NCBI GenBank assembly: GCA_951406725.2
Contig: OX597821.1
Location: 100,936,001-101,000,000 of the forward strand
DNA: 64,000 nucleotides
Origin: Octopus vulgaris
Taxonomy: Eukaryota
Direction of reading: 5' to 3'
In this document: in pieces, positions 1 to 14,136 of the stretch
Numbering within the stretch: the stretch's first letter is position 1
Layout: the number at the start of each line of letters is the position of its first letter
The notes under the pieces: model-generated
Told to the model about the DNA's origin: nothing
Database searches by the model: none
The model's input: the letters and a program-made list of their open reading frames with translations, nothing else
Translations under genes and position numbers: made by a program

Positions 1-484
1 TTTACACACACACACATATATAACGCGCCACATATATAAACACCGCGCGCGCGCCACACATACATCATACAGCCTCTGTTCTAAACGAACTCCAGTCAAG
101 CGGAAAATACACTTAACTACGCTAAAGCTATTTAAAATATCCATGACGTCATGACACAAAAATTTTCAACACATATTTTCGAAAATTCTAACGTTTACCT
201 CTTATATGCAATAAAAATTTTAGGGACATATAACTCTGGAGCTTTTTCTACCCCAACACCAACTTCCATTATTCATACCCCTTCATATGACCAATCAAAA
301 TTTTAGGCGCGAAACCAAGCAAATCCCAACAACTTGACTCTTTTTACATATAAGAGATCTATCTCTCTTATATTTTGATAAGCATAACAAATGCGAACGT
401 AAAAGAACTTACCTAATTAAATTACTTAATATATATTTGTCATTTTCTTCACTTTATATATCACCACTCGTGTCAATTCCTTTT

Positions 485-573
<89 letters not shown>

Positions 574-853
574 GAAAATGGAGAAAGACATCTAAATCAA
601 ATATCAATTACCAGATAATACTCAATCACATACTTTATTAAACCACCATATAAGAGACTGTAGGGTTAAACATAAAAAAGTAGAACAAATCATTGTACAT
701 AAAGAAATGTACATGAAAAAGGGCACATAAAAGAGTAATGTTGTATAATAAGTAGAATATATATAAAAAAGAGAATTACTTATACAACATTACTCTTTTA
801 TGTACATTCCTTTATGTACAATGATTTGTGTGTCTTTGTGTGTGTGAGTGTGT

Positions 854-1230
854 GGAGGTGCACTGGCTCAGAGGTTAGGGCAACGGACTCGTGGTCGCAG
901 GATCGTAGTTTCAATTCCCAAATCGGGCGTTGTGAGTCTTTATTGAGCGAAACACCTTAAGCTCCACGATGCTTCGACAAGGATTGGTGGCGAATCCTGC
1001 TGTATTCTTTCACCAAAATTTTCTCTCACTCTTTCTTCCTGTTTCTGTTGTCCCTGTATTTCAAAGGGCCTGTCTTGTCACACTCTGTGTCACGCTGAAT
1101 CTCCCTGAGAACTACGTTAAGGGTACACGTGTCTGTGGAGTGCTCAGCCACTTGCACGTTAATTTCATGAGTAAGTTGTTCCGTTGATCGGATCAACTGG
1201 AACACTCGTCGTCGCAACCGACGGAGTGCC
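854..1230 (+). mobile_element. Second tRNA-derived SINE family
   Basis: Head GGAGG.GCA.TGGC..AG.GGTTAGGGCA.CGGACTCG...TTCAATTCC; related copies 5021-5330(+), 5805-5972(-), 52348-52640(+). Confidence 0.8.
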
Positions 1231-1270
<40 letters not shown>

Positions 1271-1362
1271 AAACATGAACAAGCAAGAAAAAACAACAAC
1301 GTGAGGACGTGGAATAAGTACAGTGTTATTGGACGCTTAGGAAAGGAAAGAAAAGAAAGGGG

Positions 1363-1397
1363 ATTTCACGTTTCGAACGGAGCTCTTCATCAGAAAT
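1363..1397 (-). ncRNA. Hammerhead motif with a G at the cleavage position (probably weak or inactive)
   Basis: ATTT-CTGATGA-A-GAGC TCC GTTC-GAA-ACGT-G-AAAT. Confidence 0.65.
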
Positions 1398-3121
1398 ATA
1401 GAAAAAGTCCAACGATAGGAAGACGGAGAAAGAAAATCGCCATCGATACACGCGCGGTCACATATTGAAATGACCGGAAGGGAATGGGTATATATGTATG
1501 GTGGCTGCCCCTTCGTTATCGAGTATGGCCATTGCACGAAGCTTAATCAATGTTGTTATCGTGCAATGCCTGTGCAAGAAAATTTTTTTTTAAGTGAGGA
1601 AAGGCTGTGGACTGAGTCAATCCCACTTACTAAGCAACAGCAGCCACAATTCGAAAAGAAGAACAAGTCAACATCATCGGTAACCACTGAGCCGCAGGTT
1701 TTATGTCGGAGTTATCCCAGTTACCTGAGTTACCTTCTCCTAGAAGGATGCCCTAACAAAGGCTAGGAGTCTTTAACCGCGTGATCGGGTATTCAGTCCG
1801 CTTATTTCTATGTCCCCGCGCATGATACAGCCTTAAGACATTTACTGGATGGCCGTTGACTCTCAAGACTTCTCCCACCCTTTGACGGGTTTTGTTTTTC
1901 ATCCCGCAGGATGTCCAATAAACACCCTCCTCATGTATGTATGTATACATACATACAAACATATATGTATATATACATCCGTACATACTGCCGGTTAGTT
2001 TCCACAGTTTCCGTCTATCCAATTTACTGACAGGACATGAAGACATTGCAGAGGACGCTTGCGTGGGATGTTGAACAGTAGGACCGAACCTGAAACCGCA
2101 TGATTGCGAAGCGAAATTCTTAACCACACAGCCACTTTATTTCTCACTCAAGGTATTCAGTGATGTTAGTTAACCTAAACCTGAAACATTTCCTATGGAA
2201 TTTGAACGCGAATCACGGACGCGGCTACCAAGTAGGAAGAAAGTTTACGCCTTTTCTTATTGACCTCACAACATTACGATTAGTTGCGAGACAAAGTAAC
2301 CTCCACGTAGTTACCAATCATATTTAAAATTGTAACCAAATTTCCTTCAAATCTTACCTAGTAGTCGGGTTTTTCTTTTCCTTTTTTTATATTTTGTATT
2401 TATTAAAAATGGAAGAACACGTTGGATAATATTCTACATATACTATGTCTGGACAAAAACACTCGACGATGATGATAACGATTATGATGATTGCTAACAT
2501 TTGCACGAGGCCGTAGCGTTCGTATCTCTTGCAAACTAACCCTACATTTTTCTCCTTCTATACTGTTTCAGGCCTTATACCTATTGCAGAATGGATTATT
2601 ATTATTTGTAGTACAATGGGGTGATAGAAGGAAGAGAAAACAATGGGCTGACTACATTAATACATAAGGGTGCGGACAAATAAGATCTCTGAATAAAAAG
2701 ATTAAAAAAAAGGAAATTTTAAGAGGAGATCATGGCTGTGATTGGTCGCTCATACTCGGATATGGCAGTTATATGAGAAATCGTTTCGTAAAAAGTTTAC
2801 TTTACAATAAGAGGTGTAGCCAGTTTCTAAGGTTAAGGGGTGTGTAAAATAAAAACGTGCCGTGAGAAATACCAAACATTTTAAAAACTTATTTCTTTTA
2901 TACTACGCTTAATATTTCTCTAGTTATACGTAATGGTATTTTACAATCATTAATTTCAAGTTTGTGTAACAATGTCATTGTGCATGAAACGTAGAATGAG
3001 TGATATAGGGCGAAAAAGATGAAGCGCTATGGGATCGTCCATTGTCCAGAGCTTATGACATCCGGACTTGTTTTCAGCGACATGAATTTGATAGGCGGAA
3101 ACTACGTAAAAGCTCGTCGTG

Positions 3122-3160
<39 letters not shown>

Positions 3161-3165
3161 ATATA

Positions 3166-4437
3166 CAGGGGTTGGACAAAATAATGGAAACACCTTGAAA
3201 TTTCAAACATATTTATTTTAATATGGCGTAGAACCGCCTTTGGCAGTAATTACAGCTTGAATTCTATGTGGTATGGACTCGTACAAAATTTCAATTGTTT
3301 CCAAAGGAATTTTTGTTCATTCTTCAGCTAAAATAGTCTCCAGTTCTTGTAGTGATGATGGTGGAGGAAATCGACTCCTTACTTGTTTTTCTAAAATTCA
3401 CCATAAATGTTCAATAATATTGAGATCTAGGGACTGTGGTGGCCAGATAAGATGTTCAACTTCACTAGAATGTACCTCGTGCCATTCAGTAACAACTTTA
3501 GCCGTGTGAATTGGTGCATTATCATCTTGAAAGCTTGCGTTTGCCTCCGGAAACAGTTCCGCAACCATAAAATAAATTTGATCAGACAAAATGCTTGAAT
3601 AGTCTTGACTATTAATTCTACCATGAAGGGAAACCATTGGGCCGGTGGATTTCCAAGATATAGTCCCGCAGATTTTCATAGATCCGTCTTCATGTTTAAC
3701 AGTTGGAAGGAAGCAGTCTGGGTCAAATGCTTCTTTTGGTTATTTCCACCTGTATACTCGGCCGGTGGTCGGAAATAAGGTAAATGATGACTCGTACGAG
3801 AAAATAACATTCTTCCACTGCTCTAGGGACAAATTTTGCAGGCTTTTACTCCACCATGAACTCTTTGCAATGTTTGTTTTTGAAAGTAGTGTTTTCTGAT
3901 TGCAGCTCTCCCGTTAAATCCGGCTTTGTGCAGCTCCCGGTGAACAGCTTTTGTGGAAACTGGGTTCTCGAGGTAGTCATTAAGCTCTGCAGTAATTTTG
4001 GGAGCTGTACATTTGTGATCCTTTCTTACAATTCGCCTAAGAGTCCGACGATCCTTATCTGAAAGCTTTCGTTTTCTTCCGGAGTTTTGCTTCGACGAGG
4101 AGGTTTTTCCCTCTTTCTCAAAGGCTGTCATTACTTTCGAGACAGTACTTCTTGATGCACCAAACATTTTGGCTGTTTTCGTTACGCTAGGGCCTGCCAT
4201 ACGAGCACCAACAATTTGACCTCTTTGAAGGTCAGATAGATCTGTCATTTTAATGAATATTAATTACCTTTTTCTGATGATATCTGAAAAGAAACAGCAA
4301 TTTTAACAAAACATATTAAGCAACACTAATAATAAATCAAAATCCATAAAAATAAATAAGCTTTTGACAGTTTTATAGATATTTCAAAATTTTGATGCTA
4401 TGATGCTAGGTGTTTCCATTATTTTGTCCAACCCCTG
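3166..4437 (-). mobile_element. Tc1-family DNA transposon with complete ends and a frameshifted transposase
   Basis: About 30-bp perfect TIRs (CAGGGGTTGGACAAAATAATGGAAACACCT), TA on both sides; ORF 4248-3823 is a paired/HTH domain (GRKRKLS); ORF 3679-3398 has FQDDNAPIH...DLNIIEHLW (DD34E type). Confidence 0.95.
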
Positions 4438-4869
4438 TATATTGTTTCAGTCATTTGACTGCGGCCATGCGGGAGCACCACCTTGAACAAATCGACTCCA
4501 GGACATATTTTTAAGCCTAGTACTTATTCTGTCGGTTTCTTTTATCGAACCGTACGTATATGTACATAAGTATGTACGTATGTGTGTATTTGTCCCCATC
4601 ACCGCTTGACAACCGGTGTCTGTCTGTTTACGTTCCCGTGACTTAGCAGTTTCGGCAAAAGAATAGTATCAGGCTTTTAAAAAGATCAAGTAGTGGAGTC
4701 AGTTTGTTCGACTAAGCTCTTCAGTGTGGTGCCCCAACATGGCAGCAATTCAATGACTATTACAGATAATAGATAAAAGATGAGATAGGAGTGAATTAGC
4801 AAAAATAGTAGAATGACATACAAAAATACTTTGCCGTGTATTTCTTCTGAGCCCAAATCGCGCTGTGGT

Positions 4870-4963
4870 CCTTAGACTTTCTATGGTCACGTGTGCCCTC
4901 AGACTTTCTATGGTCACGTGTGCCCTTAGACTTTCTGTAGTCACGTGTGCCCTTAAACTTTCT
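4870..4963. repeat. 27-bp tandem repeat, ~3.5 copies, each full unit with CACGTG
   Basis: Unit CCTTAGACTTTCTATGGTCACGTGTGC. Confidence 0.88.
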
Positions 4964-6510
4964 GAAAAAAATAGTCATATATAGGAGCTGAATATCCCTT
5001 ACCATACACTAGTATTGTGTGAAGGCACGTGGCTTAGTGGTTAGGGTAATGGGCTCACGATCGTAAGGTCATGAGTTCAATTCCTGGCGGCGCGTTGTCT
5101 CCTTGAACAAGACACTTTATTTCATGTTGCTTCAGTCCACTCAGCTGGCAAAAATGAGATGTACTTGTGATTCAAAGGGCCGACCTTGTGTCATGCTGAA
5201 TCTCCTCGAGAAGTACGCTAAGAGTACGCGTGTCTGTGAAGTACTCAGCCACTTGCACGTTGATTCCACGAGCAGGCTGTTCCGTTGATCGGATCAAATG
5301 GAATTCTCGTCGTCGTAACCGACCGAGTGTCAGTTCCAGGCTGGTACTTTATACATCTACCCCCAGAACAAAGAAAGGTAAAACTGGCCATGCTGGGATT
5401 TGCACTCATAATGTAAAGAGTAGGAACAGACACTGCTAAGTATTCTAACCCACCACAATGTGACACCAATGAATTATAAAGCACAAATTGGCAACTTTAG
5501 CCCCGCCTCACTCTTCCTAATGCATGTCAGTAGGAGAGTCGTTAACTAAGTTTATATTGTTGTATTCAACCAGTTCGACCTGACAACTTTTATCTCGTCC
5601 TTCTTAAGATCAGGTATACTCTTATAACTCCTACCCTTTAACTTCAACTGGTTCACCCAGAATACTGAGTCATTCGAGCTGGACAACAAATAAATCTCTC
5701 ATTATTACGTTTTGTTTTGTTTTGTTTTTTTTTTTTTTTTTTTTGTTTTTTTTTTGTACTTGTTTCAGTCATTTGACTGTGGCCATGCTGGAGCACCGCC
5801 TTTAGAGTGGTGAAAGAGTACAGCAGGGATCACCACCTCCTGCCGGAGCCTCGTGGAGCTTTTAGGTGTTTTTTTCGCTCAATAAACACACACAACGCCC
5901 GGTCTGGGAATCGAAACCGCGATCCTCCGACCGCAAGTCCGCTGCCCTAACCACTAGGCCATTGCGCCTCCATTATGAGGACCTAATAAAATAAATGTGC
6001 ATAATTAGAATATATAGACACACATGCGCGCCCGCGTGTGTGTATTTGTACCCCATTACCACTTGTCAACCGGTGTTGGTTCGTCTACGTCCTCGTAACT
6101 TAGCGGTTCAGCAAAAAGTCAATGGTAGAATAAATAGCAGAAACACGCAGACCCTACTGCGACCAGGGCATACGAATGTGCTTACGCGATATGGAAGCGA
6201 TATGACCTTAGTCCTCCTCACATCCCGTTAGTTCACTATCAATGGAACGCCACTCGGTGCGTTGAAGTCTCGGACAATTTTATTAATTCTGTAAGCCAAC
6301 ATACAGGCGTGTTTCAGCTCCACTTCCCGTCCACACATCAGCAAATACTGGACACTATACCTTTGAGGTCAATTGGTGCCCAGATGGATTGTTTGCAAAT
6401 CGGTGTTTCCTTAAGTGTAGGACTTCGGACCTGCAAAGTGATACAAGTGCTGTTTTGAGTTAATAGTAGTCGTTTCGTGAGTCTACCTGTTGTCATAAAG
6501 CCTCAATACT

Positions 6511-6575
<65 letters not shown>

Positions 6576-6637
6576 CATGCCGTTTTTAATGATATCGTCG
6601 AGTGTGGTTTCGATTACAACTGGAGCGGTAAGACCTA

Positions 6638-6859
6638 TTTCTTAACTACCCACAAGGGGCTAAACACAGAAAGGACAAACAGGGACAGACAAACGGATTA
6701 AGTCGATTATATCGACGCCAGTGCGTAACTGGTACTTATCTAATCGACCCCGAAAGGATGAAAGGCAAAGTCGACCTCGGCGGAATTTGAACTCAGAATC
6801 GTAGCGGCAGACGAAATACCGCTAAGCATTTCACCCGGCGTGCTAACGATTCTGCCAGC
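6638..6859 (-). mobile_element. Third tRNA-derived SINE family
   Basis: Head GCTGGCAGAATCGTTAGCAC...GAGTTCAAATTCCGCCGAGGTCGAC; copies ~13320-13531, 39638-39820, 47581-47810, 53475-53703. Confidence 0.8.
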
Positions 6860-6982
6860 TAGGGATGGCAAAAGGTGAGATAGCATCAGAATTTTCTTCT
6901 GTAACAACAAATCTCCAGACGGGGGAGTAACCTGTGGCAATACTGACCCCCGGAGCAACCTGACAGGACTACAGAATATTTG

Positions 6983-7190
6983 CTCTTTTACTCTTTTACT
7001 TGTTTCAGTCATTTGACTGCGGCCATGCTGGAGCACCGCCTTTAATCGAGCAACTCGACCCCAGGACTTATTCTTTTGTAAGCCCAGTACTTATTCTATC
7101 GGTCTCTTTTGCTGAAACGCTAAGTGATGGGGACATAAACAGCATCGGTTGTCAAGCAATGTTAGGGGGACAAACACACACACACACACG

Positions 7191-7253
<63 letters not shown>

Positions 7254-7419
7254 TACGACGGGCTTCTTTCAGTTTCCATCTACCAAATCCACTCACAAGG
7301 CTTTGGTCAGCCCGAGGCTATAGTAGAAGACACTTGCCCAAGGTGCCACGCAGTGGGACTGAACCCGAAACCATGTGGTTGGTAAACAAGCTACTTACCA
7401 CACAGCCACTCCTGCGCCT
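6983..7419 (-). mobile_element. Composite tRNA-derived SINE (head + internal (TA)/(CA) tract + tail ending (TAAAAGAG)n)
   Basis: Head AGGCGCAGGAGTGGCTGTGTGGTAAG...GGTTCAGTCC (A/B-box-like); many near-identical copies in the window. Confidence 0.85.
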
Positions 7420-7828
7420 ATCAATAGAAATAAAAGAAGTCCATCTAATTTTCATTGTCCTTCTTTTTGAAAAGCCTGGGAGAGAATAAAAGGTACGTGT
7501 ATGCGTGTGTCTATCTTTCTGTGCGGCAGTGTGCGTTAAGACCGTCAGTTTGTTTACACGCAAAGATAAAAATAAACAGCATTAAAAACAATAGAGATTG
7601 CTCGAAATGGAATTTTACACTCACTTATTTTTCGTTTTGTTCGATTATCGTTTATATATATATATATATATATATATAATTCTTATTCCAATTGAGCATT
7701 TGTAAATACGGTTGTTCGAAATTTCTTGCCAGACGAATTACACTGGTGCTGTTTCGCGTAAGAACAATAAACCCATACATAAAACAGCAAAAGGAAAACA
7801 AATAGTTAACTCTAACCTAAATCTCTCG

Positions 7829-7875
<47 letters not shown>

Positions 7876-8062
7876 CGTGATTTATTTGTTTTACGTATGT
7901 GTATTTCATGATTAGCTGAAGTGCTTGAGGTGAACGATCTACAAAAATATTCACGTCCGTCCGATTCCGGTCTTATTTTCACATAGAACAGTTTCAACTA
8001 TAGAAATATTAATATTTCTAAGTCTCCCTAAAGGAGACTACGGCAGCGGTACTGGATATTAA

Positions 8063-8320
8063 TAGTTATCGCCAAGGTAAATATGGCAGTCCAGAAATAT
8101 AGGACGAATGCTGCCGTTGATTAGCTCCAGAAGGCCATCGCCTCTAGCTAGCTATATGACACACGAACCTGTGTCCATTATAACCTCCCCTGTTCGAAGT
8201 TTATAATGGACACAGGTTCGTGTGTCACATAGCTAGCTAGAGGCGATGGCCTCTTGGAGCTAATCAACGGCAGCATTCGTCCTATATTTCTGGACTGCCA
8301 TATTACCTTGGCGATAACTA
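8063..8320. mobile_element. Foldback/MITE-like near-perfect palindrome
   Basis: Two ~120-bp arms are reverse complements with few mismatches, around a ~17-nt loop (~8183-8199); TA at both ends. Confidence 0.8.
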
Positions 8321-8972
8321 GCAATATAGTTTGACCTATCATTAGTGTCAACACATTCTCTCTCTCTCACACTCCCCTCTATCTCTATCACTCTCTGTTT
8401 TTCTCTCTCTGTCCCGTCACTCTCTGCCCTCTCTCTCTCTCTCCCTCTATCTCTCTCAATCCCTCATTCTCTTTCTTTCTCTCTCTCTCTTCCTCTCTTT
8501 CTCTCCCCCTCTCACACACACACATTTCCTTAGTCCTAAAAAGACTGGTGCTTTGCCAATGTAAGAAATAAAGTTTCATCAATGTGGTCACTCGACCTGA
8601 TCTACTAGAAATAGCACTCAAATTGTCCTCAAATTACACACACTGCTATCTTTTATCTTATTTGTTTCAATCATTTTGACTACGGCCATGCTGGGGCACC
8701 ACTTTGGAGGGTTTCTAGTCGAACAAATCGCTCCCAGTGCTCATTATTATTTTTCTAAAGTCTGGTACTTATTCTATCTAACTTACTTATTCTACGCTAA
8801 GTTACGCGGGCGTAAATAAACCAGCATCGGTTGCTAAGAGTTGAGAGTGACAAACCCAGACACATGGACACAATATCCTCCATATATTTATGTGTGTGTG
8901 TATGTGTGCGTGTGTGTGTATGTGTGCGAGTGTGTGTGTATGTATGTATGTATATTTGTGTGCGTGTGCGCG

Positions 8973-9015
<43 letters not shown>

Positions 9016-10784
9016 GTGCGTGTGTGTGTGTGTGTGTGTGTGCGTGTGTGTGTGTGTGTATAGTTCGAATTTATAGAAAAACAAAAGACGAAGGCAGGTG
9101 TAGGAACAACAAGCAGGTGTATTAGTTTGACGCTCAGGAAAAATGAAGAAGTCTTTTACGTTTCGAGAGTACGCTCTTCAACAGAAAGGGATAGGAGGGG
9201 GAAAATGGAGAGAGAATGAAAAAAACGGAGAGTGTGTGTGTATATAGATATGCTACGGGTTTTCCCACATTTCCGTCAACCAAATTCATCACAACACTTT
9301 TGTCGGTTTGGGACTATAGTAAAAGGCACTTGCCCAAAGTGCTATGCAGTGGAACTGAACCTGAAACTAGTTCGTTACAAAGCGAACTTCTTAACCTCAC
9401 AGCTATGCCTTATTTACTGTCTGAACAATATAAAGAGAAAAAAATACACATTAGAGAAGTGGTTTGGTGGCACATGAAAGATGTTGAACTTTGACTCACC
9501 GCTTTAGGTTCAAAAGAAAATCTGTCTATTTCAGTTTGCGATCCTCCGCCTGAGTCTGAAGCTGATGTCACGATTAGAGAGCTGTCGCTCGAAATGGGAA
9601 GGTTGTAATGCGCCCGGGGCAAGACTTCCACCCGTCCCCCCACCAAAAACCAGCCTTTTCTTTAATTTTTTTTTTTTCGACACAACCCCACCCCCTTTTC
9701 GGCTACGGGGGAATACGAAACTGCAAAAAGAATTGGCAAAAAGCGACATTTTTAAATTACCACTCCCAACCCCTATGTCCTTCATTTTTAACTTTTTCAG
9801 AATTTTTTTTCTCTCTTTTTCAAAATATGCGGAAAAATACGGACATTATGATGCGAACAAAGATTTCAAAACATTTATGTAGTTAGAGTTAGGGTTGACT
9901 TAATCCCTCCCGCGAAATTACAGCCCGTGTGCCAAAATTTGAAACCAATATTAACTCTAATCCTGCCGAGGAACTTTTATTTTCTTCCTCGTGGGCCAAC
10001 GAAGTCAAATGCAGTCGATACCACACTGAGCTTTAAATTTTTCATCAAAAATGGAGCGCGGGACTTAAAATACATTGCTGTACATAGTTTGTCCTCTCTA
10101 CGTGGCACCACGGACAGTGTCTTCTACTATAACCCCTGGCCAACCAATACATTATGAGAGGTTTGGGCAGACAGGAATTGTGTAGAAGCCCATTGTATAT
10201 GTGTATGTGTCTTTGTATCAGTGTTCTCCCTGTCACCACTTGACAACCGATGTTACTTTGTTTACGCCCTCATAATGTAACGATTCGACAAAAGGAAACC
10301 AATACCTATAAGTACATAACGTAAGCAAAAAAAAAATACTGGGATCGATTAATTCGACTAAAACCCTTTACGGTGGTGCCACATCATGGTCGCTATCTGA
10401 AACAACGAAAATATAAAGCTAAAAGACGATAGATATTGTGATTATATTAACCAATGTATATTTTTCAAGCCAATAAGGTGTGATTTGAGAAACGTTTGGC
10501 TGCTATTTCTGATACATTGAGCGATACACAACCGTGGCTGTGTGGTAAGAAGTTTACTCCCCAGCCACATGGATCTGTGTTCAGTTCCACTGCGTGTTAC
10601 CTTAGGCCAGTATCTTCTATTTTAGCCTCGGGTCGATCGTGAATGGTTTAGTTGATTTGATGAACGGAAACTGCAAGTGTATTCTACTATAGCCTCGGGC
10701 CGACCAAAGCCTTGTGAGTGGATTTGGTAGACGGAAACTGAAAGAAGCCCGTCGTATATATGTATATATATGTGTATGTATACA

Positions 10785-10858
<74 letters not shown>

Positions 10859-10888
10859 TTTATTTTAAGCAGAAAAATTCAACAAAAT

Positions 10889-10926
10889 CTGTTACTCTGA
10901 GTTTCTCGTTGCCGTTCATCAGACAG
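10889..10926 (-). ncRNA. Minimal type I hammerhead ribozyme motif (inverted twin of 11585-11622)
   Basis: Exact reverse complement of the 11585-11622 motif. Confidence 0.8.
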
Positions 10927-10963
10927 TTTTTGCTAGAATGGAACCGATATATCAATTCAATCT

Positions 10964-11064
<101 letters not shown>

Positions 11065-11584
11065 TATACATATATATTTTGTGTATGTTGATATATATAT
11101 GTATATTTTAATATAAATATGTATTGCAGTGTAATATTACATATAACAGGTTTAATTTCTATGCATTAATTTATACTTTCTTCATTAACGTCAATATGTA
11201 TTTTATTCAATGTAAGGTAATCCTATTTTGAAAACAAGGTCTCGGACTTGCTTTTATAATTTTTATAAGTTTTTTTATATATATATACATATATTTTTGA
11301 CCAAAGAATTATTTTTGTTTATCGCTCGAAGATTGATTCATACGTCTGTATATGTATGGCGTTTGCGCGCATCCTTTTGTGTTGTTGATATATAAAGTAC
11401 ATTTTAATATAAATATGGCCAATCAAACAAGTCCAGGTTTTTTCGGATTTTATAATTTTTATAAGTTTTTTTTATATATATATACATATATTTTTAAAGG
11501 TGTAGCCAATCAAACAAGTCCATTTCTTTTTAAAGGTGTAAGAGTCTAGATTGAATTGATATATCGGTTCCATTCTAGCAAAAA

Positions 11585-11622
11585 CTGTCTGATGAACGGC
11601 AACGAGAAACTCAGAGTAACAG
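11585..11622 (+). ncRNA. Minimal type I hammerhead ribozyme motif
   Basis: CTGT-CTGATGA-ACG GCAA CGA-GAA-ACTC A GAGT-A-ACAG: intact core, GNRA-capped short stem II, palindromic stem III, GUA site, stem I CTGT/ACAG. Confidence 0.8.
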
Positions 11623-11724
11623 ATTTTGTTGAATTTTCTGCTGCTTAAAATAAAGCATATTACTCTACCACTGGTATTTGAGTACTCTTTTTTCCACCTT
11701 GTTTCACATTTATGTGTTTACTCC

Positions 11725-11812
<88 letters not shown>

Positions 11813-12864
11813 ATGTTTGTATGTCTGTGTTTGTCCCCCTAGCATCGCTTGACAACCGATGCTGGTGTGTTTGTGTCGCCGTCACTTCGCGATTCGGCAA
11901 AAGAGAACCGATAGAATAAGTACTGGGCTTACAAAGAATAAGTCCCGGGGTCGAGTTGCTCGATTAAAGGTGGTGCTCCAGCATGGCCGCAATCAAATGT
12001 CTGAAACAAGTAAAAGAGAAAAAAAAGAGAATATATATTTAATATTTTTGTACTAATAGGTATATGTCGATTAGTGCGTTAAAGTGTTAACTGGCACAGC
12101 TTGGATGACCTGGTGTCATCTGCAGTCAGGGTATGTTTCCATTGGATCTACTTCAAGAAATCCGCAATGTTAGTTGAGATAATAATAATAATTGATTGAG
12201 TAACGAGAAGATGTACTCGGTATTAATCTTTATTTCCAGGACCGTTCGCACAAAATGAAAATTAATATCAAATCCATCTTCTCGTTGCTAAGGAAATTAT
12301 TATTATTATTGAGTGAGAGAGCAGTGCATGCCATCAAAGTGACACTGGGGTAAAATATTCGAAGCCCAGAATACCCATCATGACTACCCGTCTGATGAGG
12401 ATACTCCAGGCACATGCATCACAACCATATGTGCGCGACATGGTGATCTCATATCAAGATAAACAGCGCATGACCTTGCAGGTGGGGTCCAGTTAGAATT
12501 TTCTTCTGGTCGAGTAACCCATCCCACTCAAAGGGTCCCTGAATAAGGATTGTTTAAGGATGCTGAACGAAGCATCCATGTTTCCAAAGGTGAATTATCC
12601 AAACCTCTAAGAATTCCTTTCAACACTCGGCTATGATACTTCCCCCACTACATCTGCTTGTGATCAGAGATGCACACATCGTCAGCCACTAAGGGACATG
12701 CTCAACTGGTTAAGGTCAAACAACTGACAAGCAAATCTGTGGTATTGAGCAGAATATTTGCTGTAGCTCATCTTTTATACCAAGACAAAACAATGCACAC
12801 GATAACACTTCCAATCAGTTAAGATGAGAAGCCATGAAAGCCACTGTCTGGTACTGCATCAAGG

Positions 12865-12921
<57 letters not shown>

Positions 12922-13051
12922 CATTATTATTATTATATAATTACTTTCGGTCGAAGAGCGGAGGCTCGGAACGTAATAGACTTTTCAATCTTATACGTTT
13001 ACTTGTTGTTCCTACACCTGCCTTCGTCTTTGTTTTTCTATGAATTTGAAC

Positions 13052-13098
<47 letters not shown>

Positions 13099-13773
13099 TG
13101 ATATTGTGTGTGTGTGTGTATTGATATTGTGTGTGTATGCGTATGTGTCCCCGAAAACTGGTGGTTCGGCAAAAGCTACCGACAGAAAAAGTACCAGGAT
13201 TTAAAAAAATAATGAGTACTAGGGTCGATTTGTTGGACTAAAAATTCTTCAAGACGGTACCCCAGCATGGCCGCAGTTAAATGGCTGAAACAAGTAAAAG
13301 AAAATAAATAAATAATAATCCTTTTTACAAAAGACACAAGGACCAAAATTTGGGGGAGGGGACTAGTCAATTACATCGACCCCAGTGTTTCACTGGTACT
13401 TAATTTATCGACTCCGATAGGATGAACAACAAAGTCGAGCTCAACGAAATTCGAACTCATAACGTAATGGCAGACGAAACGTCGCTAAGCAATTGCCCGG
13501 CGTGCTAACGATTCTGCCAGCTCGCCGCTTTATGAAATAAATAATGATAAACATACTCTTTTACTCGTTTCAGTCATTTGACTGCGCCCATGCTGGTGCA
13601 CTGCCTTTAGTCGAGCAAATCGACCCCAGGACTTATTCTTTGCAAGCCTAGTACTTATTCTATCGGTCTCTTTTGCCGAACCGTTAAGTTACGGGGACGT
13701 AAACACACCAGCATCAGTTGTCAAGCGATGTTGGGGACACACAAACATATACGCACACATATATATATATACA

Positions 13774-13888
<115 letters not shown>

Positions 13889-14074
13889 GTTATATAATTA
13901 GGGTTCAGTAAAATAATTTACTTTACCACACACTGAACTTTTAGAAATAGCAGCCCAAAAATCTTAGCTATTTCTTCTACTATAAGAAAAATCTCCCAGA
14001 CAATGTATACTCAAAAATAACTCACGCAGGTATGGAGGGAAAAATAACAAAAGATCACATGTATATAAGATTAC

Positions 14075-14136
14075 TTGAGAACGTACATTTCTAGATTAGT
14101 TGAATTTAAAGATCAACAATTCCTTCGTCAGCTCAA
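14075..14136 (-). ncRNA. Hammerhead motif with extended stem II
   Basis: TTGAG-CTGACGA-(ATTGTTGA..TCAACTAAT hairpin)-GAA-ATGTACGT-T-CTCAA; 5-bp stem I and near-palindromic stem III. Confidence 0.68.

Noticed and set aside
854-930. tRNA genes suggested by A/B-box heads here and at many other sites
   Set aside because: All continue into shared SINE bodies and lack a clean cloverleaf and terminator
12388-12420. CTGATGAG hammerhead half-core (also ~59253)
   Set aside because: No matching GAAA or stems found at suitable spacing
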